Origin: Candidatus Methylomirabilota bacterium
GTDB taxonomy: Bacteria > Methylomirabilota > Methylomirabilia > Rokubacteriales > CSP1-6
NCBI GenBank assembly: GCA_046726415.1
Contig: JBKPAK010000280.1
Span: 1-14,901 of the forward strand
Length of the DNA stretch: 14,901 nucleotides
Direction of reading: 5' to 3'
A model generated the notes under the pieces. The model saw only the letters and a list, made by a program, of their open reading frames with translations. It was not told the origin of the DNA and made no database searches. The translations under genes were made by a program, and so were the position numbers. Of this stretch, positions 7,598 through 14,901 are shown in pieces; position 1 is the first letter of the stretch; each line of letters begins with the position of its first letter.

Positions 7598-8700
7598 CCG
7601 TCGTGTGGGGCGTGCTCGCGGCGCTGGGCGCTGTTGCCTTCCTCCTCGGCGTCCTCTCCGCGGATGCCGCGGGGACGTGGTCGATTTACCTGGTGAACCT
7701 GGTCTTCTGGTCGGGGCTGGCGGCCACCGGGCCGGCCATCGCCGGCATGATGCAGCTCACCGAGGCGCGCTGGTCGCCGAGCGTGCGGCGCATCGCCCTC
7801 ACGACGGCGGGATTTCTCCCGGTGTCGTTCGCCCTGCTGCTGGTGCTCTTCGCCGGCCGCGCGAGCCTGTACGGCTGGGTGCGGACACCGGTCCCGGTCA
7901 AAGAGTTCTGGCTGAACACCCCATTCTTCTGGGCCCGCACCCTTGTGCTGGCCGCCGCCCTGTTCGTCACCTGCTTCGCCTTCGCGAAGACGCTTCTGCG
8001 CGATCCCCCGCCGGGACAAGAAGAACGGGAACGAGGGCGGCGCAATGTACTGGCGGTGGTCTTGCTGTTCCTGTGGATGGTCACCCTGACCTTGTGGGGG
8101 TTCGACCTCCTCATGTCCATCGATCCCCACTGGTACAGCGGGCTCTTCGGGGGCTATTTTGTGGTCAGCACGCTCTACACGGGATTCGCGCTACTGTCCA
8201 TCCTCTCCGTGCGCGCCAACGCCCGGGGCGACGCCACCATCCCGCCCGGTGCCATCCAGGACGTGGCCAAGCTGCAATTCGCCATGTCCATCATGTGGAT
8301 GTACTTTTTCTGGTCGCAGTATCTCGTGATCTGGTACGGCAACGTGCCCGTCGAGACGCGCTTCTTCCTGAAGCGGGCCTTCGTGCAGCCCTGGCAGACG
8401 GTGGGATGGATCGTGTTGGTCGTGGGCTGGCTCATCCCGTTCGCGTATCTCCTGGCGCGTCTGACCGGGCGGCCACCGCAGCGGCATACGCCGCTGGTCG
8501 TCGTGGCGCTGATGGGCCTGGTGGCCATGTTCCTGGAGCGGGTCTTCGTCGTGTTCCCGTCCGTGTCGTCGGAACTGGGGTTGCCCTTCGGGCTACGGGA
8601 TCTCGCCATCACCGTCGGGTTTTTCGGTCTGTTTCTCTTGAGCCGGCGCTGGTTCCTCAATCGCTTCAAGCCGATTCTGAATCTCCCGCATCCTCATTGA
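7594..8700 (+). CDS. actF: Alternative complex III membrane subunit ActF (ActC paralog)
   Basis: Start ATG 7594 overlaps the actE stop (ATGA); the track's extension from 7372 is spurious. Polytopic, with WLNTPFFWAR, FDLLMSIDPHWYSGLFG and WMYFFWSQYLVIWYGNVPVET motifs. Confidence 0.9.
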   Translation: MTVVWGVLAALGAVAFLLGVLSADAAGTWSIYLVNLVFWSGLAATGPAIAGMMQLTEARWSPSVRRIALTTAGFLPVSFALLLVLFAGRASLYGWVRTPVPVKEFWLNTPFFWARTLVLAAALFVTCFAFAKTLLRDPPPGQEERERGRRNVLAVVLLFLWMVTLTLWGFDLLMSIDPHWYSGLFGGYFVVSTLYTGFALLSILSVRANARGDATIPPGAIQDVAKLQFAMSIMWMYFFWSQYLVIWYGNVPVETRFFLKRAFVQPWQTVGWIVLVVGWLIPFAYLLARLTGRPPQRHTPLVVVALMGLVAMFLERVFVVFPSVSSELGLPFGLRDLAITVGFFGLFLLSRRWFLNRFKPILNLPHPH

Positions 8701-8707
8701 TGTCGGA

Positions 8708-8776
8708 GGGGAGCGAGCGCCGCTCCCCCCTACCGCTTTGTGGCGACGGCGGGGAAGGGTTCGCTCCTGCCCCGCC
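8708..8776. repeat. Two tandem GC-rich inverted repeats after actF (REP-like / 3' stabiliser / atypical terminator)
   Basis: Hairpin 1: GGGGAGCG (8708-8715), loop AGCGC, CGCTCCCC (8721-8728). Hairpin 2: GGCGGGG (8748-8754) with CCCCGCC (8770-8776), enclosing an imperfect inner stem capped by TTCG. No clean U-tract follows. Confidence 0.5.
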
Positions 8777-8880
8777 CGACAACCGCGGCGTGGCGAGCCA
8801 GAGCCCCTGCCGCTTCGCCTCATCAACGCCGGCATTTCTCACTGGGCGAGGCGCGACCCGCGTCGGGTTAGAGTAGAGAT

Positions 8881-10092
8881 GTGCTGACGGTCGAACAGGC
8901 TCGGGAGCAGATTCTCACGCGGGTGGCGATGCTGCCCGCGGAGCGGGTGGTGCTTCTCGACGCCCTGGGGCGAGTGCTCGCCGAACCGGTCGTAGCGGCA
9001 CGGGAGATCCCACCCTGGCCGAACTCCTCGATGGATGGCTATGCCGTGCGGTCCACCGATACGCGCGCGGGCGCCGTCCGCCTCGCAGTGGTGGGGCGGG
9101 TCACCGCCGGCGTGATGCCCGACCGTCCCGTCGGCCCTGGCGAAGCGATTCGCATCTTCACCGGGGCGCCGATCCCGTCGGGTGCCGACGCGGTGATTCC
9201 GCAGGAGGAGGTCGCCGTCGAGGACTCGAGTATTCGGCTTTCCCGCTCGGTGGAGCCCCACGCCTTCGTGCGCCCCCAAGGAGAAGACGTCCGTCCGGGC
9301 GACCCCGTGCTCGCTCCGGGCCAGCCGATCGGTCCCGCGGAGGTTGGGTTGCTGGCGACCCTGGGCTGGCCGCAGGTGCGCGTCCATCGCCGGCCCCGGG
9401 TGGCGATCCTCTCGACCGGCACTGAGCTGGCGGATCTCGGCCAGGAACCCGCGCCGGGGCAGATTCCCAACACCAACACCTATGCGCTCATGGCGCAGAC
9501 GCTCGAGGCTGGCGGTGAGCCGATCCACCTCGGCGTGGCTGCCGATCGGCTCGAAGACATCGAGGAACGGCTGCACGCCATCGAACGCGCGGACATGCTC
9601 GTGTCGTCGGCCGGAGTGTCGGTCGGAGACCTCGATCTGGTGCGGGCCGCACTGGAGAAGCTTGGAGCCGAACTGCATCTCTGGCAGGTCTCTATGCGCC
9701 CCGGGAAACCCATCACGTTCGGCTCCCTTCGCGGGCGTCCACTCTTCGGCCTACCCGGCAATCCTGTGTCCGCCATGGTGACGTTCGAACTGTTCGTCCG
9801 ACCTGCTCTCCGGAAGATGCTGGGCCACACCGCAATCGATCGCCCTCGCATCGTGGCGAGGGCAGCCCAGCGCATCGCGAATCCCGGTCACCGCCGCGGG
9901 TACTTGCGCGTCACCCTCACACCCGAGGGCGATCACTACGCCGCTCAGCTCACCGGCGAGCAGGGCTCCGCCATCCTGCGATCCATGGTGCTGGCCGACG
10001 GTCTCGCCGTGCTGCCAGGCGATGGCGTGGCGAAAAAGGGGGATAGCATTGAAGTGATTGTATTGAAGCCGCTTATGTCCCTTCACATTTGA
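8881..10092 (+). CDS. moeA: Molybdopterin molybdotransferase (gephyrin-like)
   Basis: LGRVLAE, PPWPNSSMDGYAV, IRIFTGAPIPSGADAVIPQE, VAILSTGTEL, AGVSVGDLD, MRPGKP, GLPGNPVSA and QGSAILRSM motifs. 403 aa, GTG start. Confidence 0.95.
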   Translation: MLTVEQAREQILTRVAMLPAERVVLLDALGRVLAEPVVAAREIPPWPNSSMDGYAVRSTDTRAGAVRLAVVGRVTAGVMPDRPVGPGEAIRIFTGAPIPSGADAVIPQEEVAVEDSSIRLSRSVEPHAFVRPQGEDVRPGDPVLAPGQPIGPAEVGLLATLGWPQVRVHRRPRVAILSTGTELADLGQEPAPGQIPNTNTYALMAQTLEAGGEPIHLGVAADRLEDIEERLHAIERADMLVSSAGVSVGDLDLVRAALEKLGAELHLWQVSMRPGKPITFGSLRGRPLFGLPGNPVSAMVTFELFVRPALRKMLGHTAIDRPRIVARAAQRIANPGHRRGYLRVTLTPEGDHYAAQLTGEQGSAILRSMVLADGLAVLPGDGVAKKGDSIEVIVLKPLMSLHI

Positions 10093-10243
10093 CTCAACTC
10101 GAGCATGCGAGGCACCTCGCCGCGACAGTTCCAGGATATCCTCGGCCGCGAATCCAATAGCCCTGTGACGAAGGTCCTGAAGCGAGCCTCGGCCCGCTAG
10201 AACCGTATCCGTTCCGGTTCTTCCGGGGGCCGAACCGCGCCGA

Positions 10244-10249
10244 TATACT
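10244..10249 (+). promoter_or_regulatory. Putative -10 element for the dprA-topA-xerC-hslV block
   Basis: TATACT (5/6 match to TATAAT) ends 9 nt before the dprA ATG in very GC-rich DNA. No recognisable -35 or Shine-Dalgarno. Confidence 0.4.
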
Positions 10250-10258
10250 CCCGACGAC

Positions 10259-11206
10259 ATGACGAGGGTCATCCAACCCGCCGACGCGGAGTACCCCGCG
10301 CTGCTCGCCACGGTCCCATCGGCGCCCGCGCTCCACGTGCGCGGCAACCTCATCGCCGACGACGCGCTCGCCATCGCCATCGTGGGCTCGCGTCGCGCGA
10401 CGGCGTACGGGCTCGACGTGGCGGTGAGCCTGGCGGCGGACCTGGCCATGCGGGGCATCACCATCGTGAGCGGCCTGGCGCGTGGGATCGACACGGCGGC
10501 CCACCGCGGAGCACTCGACTCTGGAGGGAGGACGATTGCAGTGCTGGGTAGTGGGATCGACGTCGTCTATCCCCCGGAAAACCGGGCTCTGGCGCGCGAG
10601 ATCGAACGTCGCGGTGCCGTGGTGTCACAGTTCGCACCCGGCACGGCGCCGCGGCCCTGGAATTTTCCCTCCCGGAACCGAACCCTCGCCGGTCTCGCCC
10701 TGGGAGTCGTCGTGGTGGAAGCAGGGGCGCGAAGTGGGGCTCTCATCACGGCAAGCTTCGCAGGCGATCTTGGCCGGGAAGTCTTTGCCGTTCCAGGGAA
10801 AATCACTGCAGAGCTGAGCCAGGGGGCACTCGGCCTCCTCCAGGAGGGTGCTAAACTGATTCGCGATTGGACGGACGTCGTGCAAGAATTGCCTGAGCAC
10901 TGGCGTCGCCTTGTACGAACCCCCTCGACCCGCTCCCCGGAATCGCCTCAGCCGTCGGAGCGAACCCCTGAAGGCCGCGTGCTGGCGTTGCTGGCCACCG
11001 ATGAGCCGCGCCAGCTCGACGAGTTGATCGCGCACGTAGGCGCCGACGCATCGCACGTGTCGGCGGCCCTGGTGGCGCTGGAGATAGAGGGATGGGCTCG
11101 ACAGCTCCCCGGGCAACGCTGGGTGGCGACGCGAGGTCGGAGGCCGCCGCCGGTGGCAGTATGGGAGGCAACGGCGGAACATCCAACAAGGAGAGGTCAC
11201 GAGTGA
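10259..11206 (+). CDS. dprA: DNA-processing protein DprA (Smf); Rossmann fold plus C-terminal winged helix
   Basis: YPALL, IAIVGSRRATAYG, IVSGLARGIDTAAHRGAL, TIAVLGSGIDVVYP, FPSRNR, VVVEAGARSGALITA and GREVFAVPG. Canonical position upstream of topA. Confidence 0.94.
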   Translation: MTRVIQPADAEYPALLATVPSAPALHVRGNLIADDALAIAIVGSRRATAYGLDVAVSLAADLAMRGITIVSGLARGIDTAAHRGALDSGGRTIAVLGSGIDVVYPPENRALAREIERRGAVVSQFAPGTAPRPWNFPSRNRTLAGLALGVVVVEAGARSGALITASFAGDLGREVFAVPGKITAELSQGALGLLQEGAKLIRDWTDVVQELPEHWRRLVRTPSTRSPESPQPSERTPEGRVLALLATDEPRQLDELIAHVGADASHVSAALVALEIEGWARQLPGQRWVATRGRRPPPVAVWEATAEHPTRRGHE

Positions 11207-13479
11207 AGCGGTCTCTGGTGGTTGTGGAATCACCCACGAAGGTCAAGACGATCCAGAAGTACTTGGATTCAAAATACGTCGTGAAGGCGTCGATGGGGCA
11301 CGTCCGCGACCTGCCGAAGTCGCAGCTCGGCGTAGATCCCAAGAAGGGCTTCAAGCCCCGCTACGTGATCTCACCCAGCAAGAAGAAGGTCCTCGACGAG
11401 CTGAAGAAGGCCGCGGAGAAGTCAGAGGCGCTCTACGTGGCCACCGACCCGGATCGAGAAGGGGAGGCCATCGGCTGGCATCTCGCCCAAGAGCTACCCG
11501 TCAGCAAGAGGAAGGTCTACCGAATCACGTTCAACGAGATCACGGAGCGAGCGGTCAAGTCGGCCTTCCAGCACCCCGGAAAGATCGACCTCAAGAAGGT
11601 GGACGCCCAGCAGGCTCGACGGGTTGTCGACCGTCTGGTCGGCTACAACTTGTCGCCGCTCCTCTGGGACAAGGTGCAGCGCGGCCTCTCCGCCGGCCGC
11701 GTGCAGTCGGTGGCCGTGCGGCTCATCGTCGACCGCGAGCGCGAGATCGAGGCGTTCCAGCCCGAAGAATACTGGTCGCTCCACGCTCACCTGCGCGGCC
11801 AGCGTCCGCCCGAATTCACGGCGACGTTGAAGGAGGTCGATGGCGCGAAGGCGTCGCTGCCCGACGAGGCCACCACCCAGGGGGTGATGGCACGGCTGGA
11901 GGGCGCCCGCTACGTCGTCCGCACCGTGACGCGCGGAGAGCGCCGGCGCTTCCCGGCCCCGCCCTTCATCACCTCGACCCTCCAACAGGAGGCGGGGCGC
12001 AAGCTCGGTTTCACGGCCAAGAAGGCGATGATGGTGGCCCAGCAGCTCTATGAGGGCATCGACGTGGCCGGGGAAGGCCCGGTCGGCCTCATCACCTACA
12101 TGCGGACCGACTCCGTGCAGATCGCGCGGGACGCCCAGGACGAAGCGCGGCGGGTGATAGGCGAGCGCTTCGGGCCCGAGTATCTGCCCGAGGCCCCGCC
12201 CGCGTACCGATCGCGCGGCCGAGCCCAGGAGGCGCACGAGGCTATCCGGCCTTCCGATGTCGTCCGGGATCCGAGAGCCCTCGCCCGGCACCTCACCAAG
12301 GACCAACTCGTCCTCTATCGCCTCATCTGGGAGCGCTTCGTGGCCAGCCAGATGCAGCCGGCCGTCTACGAGACGATGGCCGCCGACATCACTGCTCTGC
12401 GCGCCGCCGACGGCCCGACCGACGCCACGCCCCTTGCCCTGTTCCGGGCGCTCGGGCAGACGCTGAAGTTCAAGGGGTTCACCGCGGTGTACGTGGAGAG
12501 CCGCGAGGACGAGGCTGCGGCGGATGACGACGCCGAGAGCGCGATGCCGATGCTGGAGGAAGGTGAGGTCCTGGCCCTTCTGGGGTTGGACCCCAGGCAG
12601 CACTTCACCCAGCCTCCGCCTCGCTACACGGAGGCGTCACTGGTCAAAGCGTTGGAGGAGCTGGGCGTGGGCCGTCCGTCCACCTATGCCTCGATCCTCG
12701 GCACCATCATCAACGAGCGCGGGTACGTGCGGCGCGACCGGCGCACGCTCTTTCCCACGCAGTTGGGGATCGAGGTCACCGACCTCCTCAAGCCCTTCTT
12801 CCCCGAGATCATGGACGTCGAGTTCACCGCGCAGATGGAGGACTCCCTCGACAGGATCGAGGAGGGGGATCGGGCGTGGGCCGACACCGTGAAGGAGTTC
12901 TATGCGCGCTTCGAGCCCGACCTGCGCCGCGCCAAGAAAGAGATGCGCAACGTCAAGGTGGGCACGGAGACGGGTGAGGCCTGCCCGGAGTGTGGCCAAC
13001 CGCTTCTCGAACGGTGGGGCCGCTTTGGAAAGTTTCTGGCCTGCTCGGCCTATCCCGACTGCCGCTACACCCGCGATCTGAGCGGGAACGAACGCGCCGC
13101 CGACGAGCCGACCGACGAGACATGTCCGACCTGCGGCAAGCCCATGGTGATCAAGCACGGTCGCTACGGAAAGTTCGTCGCGTGCTCGGGCTATCCAGAG
13201 TGCAAGACCACGAAGCCGGTCACCCTGGGTATCGCGTGCCCGGAAGCGGGGTGCGTCGGCCAGCTGGTCGCTCGCCGGAGCCGGCGCGGGCGCGTCTTCT
13301 ACGGGTGCTCGGTCTATCCCAACTGCACGTTCGTGGTGTGGCAGCGCCCGATCCCCGAGGCCTGCCCGAAGTGCGGAGCGAACTTTCTCACCGAGCGGCC
13401 GATCCGCGGTCGCGTCGTGCGGCGGTGCATCCGCGAAAGCTGCGACTTCGAGCGCGAGGTCGAGACGCCCCGAGCATGA
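11203..13479 (+). CDS. topA: DNA topoisomerase I (type IA) with C-terminal zinc ribbons
   Basis: GTG 11203 (SD AAGGAGAGG upstream; overlaps the dprA stop) gives VKRSLVVVESPTK. Motifs GHVRDLP, ATDPDREGEAI, SAGRVQS, LITYMRTDS (catalytic Tyr), AQEAHEAIRP and GRPSTYA, then four Cys-rich ribbon repeats. Confidence 0.97.
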   Translation: MKRSLVVVESPTKVKTIQKYLDSKYVVKASMGHVRDLPKSQLGVDPKKGFKPRYVISPSKKKVLDELKKAAEKSEALYVATDPDREGEAIGWHLAQELPVSKRKVYRITFNEITERAVKSAFQHPGKIDLKKVDAQQARRVVDRLVGYNLSPLLWDKVQRGLSAGRVQSVAVRLIVDREREIEAFQPEEYWSLHAHLRGQRPPEFTATLKEVDGAKASLPDEATTQGVMARLEGARYVVRTVTRGERRRFPAPPFITSTLQQEAGRKLGFTAKKAMMVAQQLYEGIDVAGEGPVGLITYMRTDSVQIARDAQDEARRVIGERFGPEYLPEAPPAYRSRGRAQEAHEAIRPSDVVRDPRALARHLTKDQLVLYRLIWERFVASQMQPAVYETMAADITALRAADGPTDATPLALFRALGQTLKFKGFTAVYVESREDEAAADDDAESAMPMLEEGEVLALLGLDPRQHFTQPPPRYTEASLVKALEELGVGRPSTYASILGTIINERGYVRRDRRTLFPTQLGIEVTDLLKPFFPEIMDVEFTAQMEDSLDRIEEGDRAWADTVKEFYARFEPDLRRAKKEMRNVKVGTETGEACPECGQPLLERWGRFGKFLACSAYPDCRYTRDLSGNERAADEPTDETCPTCGKPMVIKHGRYGKFVACSGYPECKTTKPVTLGIACPEAGCVGQLVARRSRRGRVFYGCSVYPNCTFVVWQRPIPEACPKCGANFLTERPIRGRVVRRCIRESCDFEREVETPRA

Positions 13480-14375
13480 CCCAGCTCCTCGAGCGATTCC
13501 TCCGCTACCTTGCGGTGGAGCGGCACGCCTCCCCGCACAGCCTGCGCGCCTACCGCACGGATCTCGAGGCGTTCCGGCGCTTCTGTGGCGAGGCGCGCTG
13601 CGCAGACGTCCGCGCGGTCGATGCGCGACTGGTCCGGGGCTATCTCGCGCATCTCCATCGGCGCGGCCTCGACCCCGTCAGCGTGAGCCGTCATCTCTCC
13701 GCGCTCCGGAGCTGGTTCCGCTTTCTGGTGCGGCGAGGCGTGGTCGACCGGAACGCCGCGCGAGATGTCCGTAGTCCTCGCCTTCCGCGCAAGCTGGTCT
13801 CGTTCCTTCCCGTCGACGAGGCGACAGTCATGGCGGAGGGACGGGGACTCGGAGGCTGGGCCCGCCCGCGCGACGTGGCCATCGTCGAGCTGCTCTATGC
13901 CAGCGGGCTGCGGGTGTCCGAGCTGACGGGGCTGGACCTCGACGCCCTCGATCGCGAGGCGATGACGGTGTGCGTGGTGGGCAAGGGCGGCAAGGAGCGC
14001 GTGGTTCCCTTCGGCGGCGCGGCGGCGCGCGCGCTCGAGGACTATCTGACCTCTCGCGCGGTGTCGAGCGGCCCTCTCTTCGTCAACGCGCGCGGCGGGC
14101 GCCTGACCTCGCGCAGCGTGCAGAGTCTGGTCAAGCGGGCCGCGCGCGTCGCGAAGATCGAGCGCCGGGTGAGCCCACACACCCTTCGGCACACGTTCGC
14201 CACGCATCTCCTCGACGGGGGCGCCGATCTCCGCCTGGTTCAGGAACTGCTTGGGCACAGCCGGCTTTCCACCACGCAGCGCTATACGCACGTGAGCTCG
14301 GCGCATATCACACGGGCCTATGACGCCGCCCACCCCCGCGCGCGCACGACGGGATCGGAGCGCGGCGCGCGGTGA
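13476..14375 (+). CDS. xerC: Tyrosine recombinase XerC
   Basis: ATG 13476 overlaps the topA stop (ATGA); 299 aa. Catalytic R-K-H-R-H-Y set intact ([38 protein letters not shown]). The topA-xerC-hslV synteny favours XerC over XerD or an integrase. Confidence 0.88.
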   Translation: MTQLLERFLRYLAVERHASPHSLRAYRTDLEAFRRFCGEARCADVRAVDARLVRGYLAHLHRRGLDPVSVSRHLSALRSWFRFLVRRGVVDRNAARDVRSPRLPRKLVSFLPVDEATVMAEGRGLGGWARPRDVAIVELLYASGLRVSELTGLDLDALDREAMTVCVVGKGGKERVVPFGGAAARALEDYLTSRAVSSGPLFVNARGGRLTSRSVQSLVKRAARVAKIERRVSPHTLRHTFATHLLDGGADLRLVQELLGHSRLSTTQRYTHVSSAHITRAYDAAHPRARTTGSERGAR

Positions 14376-14901
14376 TGCTGGAGCGAGCGCACGCCACGAC
14401 GGTCCTTGCCGTCCGCCATCGCGGGCAGGTGTCGCTGGGGGCGGATGGTCAGGTGACCATCGGCAACACGGTGGTGAAGATGGGAGCGCGCAAGGTGCGC
14501 AAGCTCTACCATGACCGGGTGGTCGCCGGGTTCGCCGGCGCCGCCGCCGACGCCTTCACCCTCTTTTCCCGCTTCGAAGGCAAGCTGGAGGAGCACCGGG
14601 GCAACCTGGCCCGCGCCGCCGTGGAACTGGCCAAGGACTGGCGCGCCGACCGTGTGTTGCGGCGGCTGGAGGCCATGCTGGCCGTGGCCGACCGCGATCA
14701 ATCGTTCATCGTGTCCGGGACGGGAGACGTCATCGAGCCGGATGACGGTCTCATCGGAATCGGTTCCGGCGGCCCCTATGCGCTGGCGGCCGCGCGGGCC
14801 CTCATCGGTCACTCGGACCTCGACGCCAAGGGCGTCGTGCTGGAGGCCATGCGGATCGCCGCGGGAATCTGTATCTACACGAATGACCACATTGCCGTGG
14901 A
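14375..14901 (+). CDS. hslV: ATP-dependent protease peptidase subunit HslV (ClpQ); 3'-truncated at window edge
   Basis: Not in the ORF track. Manual translation from ATG 14375 (or in-frame GTG 14372): [35 protein letters not shown]...[14 protein letters not shown]...[19 protein letters not shown]...[27 protein letters not shown]...ICIYTN. Confidence 0.96.
   Translation, partial: MLERAHATTVLAVRHRGQVSLGADGQVTIGNTVVKMGARKVRKLYHDRVVAGFAGAAADAFTLFSRFEGKLEEHRGNLARAAVELAKDWRADRVLRRLEAMLAVADRDQSFIVSGTGDVIEPDDGLIGIGSGGPYALAAARALIGHSDLDAKGVVLEAMRIAAGICIYTNDHIAV

Noticed and set aside
8701..8880. Moco riboswitch or canonical intrinsic terminator
   Set aside because: I could not recognise the Moco RNA motif features by eye, and no U-tract follows the stems. 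Kept only as an unexplained structured element.
10093..10200. ncRNA in the moeA-dprA spacer (palindromes GCGAGG-CA-CCTCGC at 10107-10120 and AGGATATCCT at 10133-10142)
   Set aside because: Short palindromes are expected by chance at this GC content; no tRNA, 6S, SRP or tmRNA signature was recognised.
240..13475. ORF-track N-terminal extensions of hemL (240), actB (2302), actF (7372), topA (11092) and xerC (12990)
   Set aside because: They overlap upstream genes. Family-typical N-termini and SD or stop/start overlaps support starts at 264, 2350, 7594, 11203 and 13476.
13476..14375. Tyrosine recombinase as an integrase of a mobile element
   Set aside because: Size, motifs and topA/hslV synteny fit housekeeping XerC; no att sites, tRNA or cargo genes are visible.
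282..14890. Long antisense ORFs (282-1484, 2515-3876, 4015-5241, 11494-12603, 13314-14333, 14318-14890)
   Set aside because: They mirror sense genes with strong GC3 bias and show no recognisable domains.

Overview
GC-rich bacterial chromosomal window with every credible gene on the + strand. In order: the 3' part of a JAMM/MPN+ (Mov34) metallopeptidase gene, hemL, a compact six-gene alternative complex III (ACIII) operon (actA-B-C-D-E-F), moeA, then the housekeeping block dprA-topA-xerC-hslV. hslV is truncated at the window end and absent from the ORF track. No mobile elements, CRISPR arrays or RNA genes are supported. The most interesting feature is the ACIII variant. Its ActB keeps an intact N-terminal CxxCxxxC-x27-C (FS0-type [4Fe-4S]) motif, although that domain is cofactor-free in the solved ACIII structures. 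The operon is flanked by heme (hemL) and molybdenum-cofactor (moeA) genes, has no linked oxidase or actG, and has a Rex/CRP-like palindrome lying across its -10 element. All calls come from reading motifs by eye; no database search was run.
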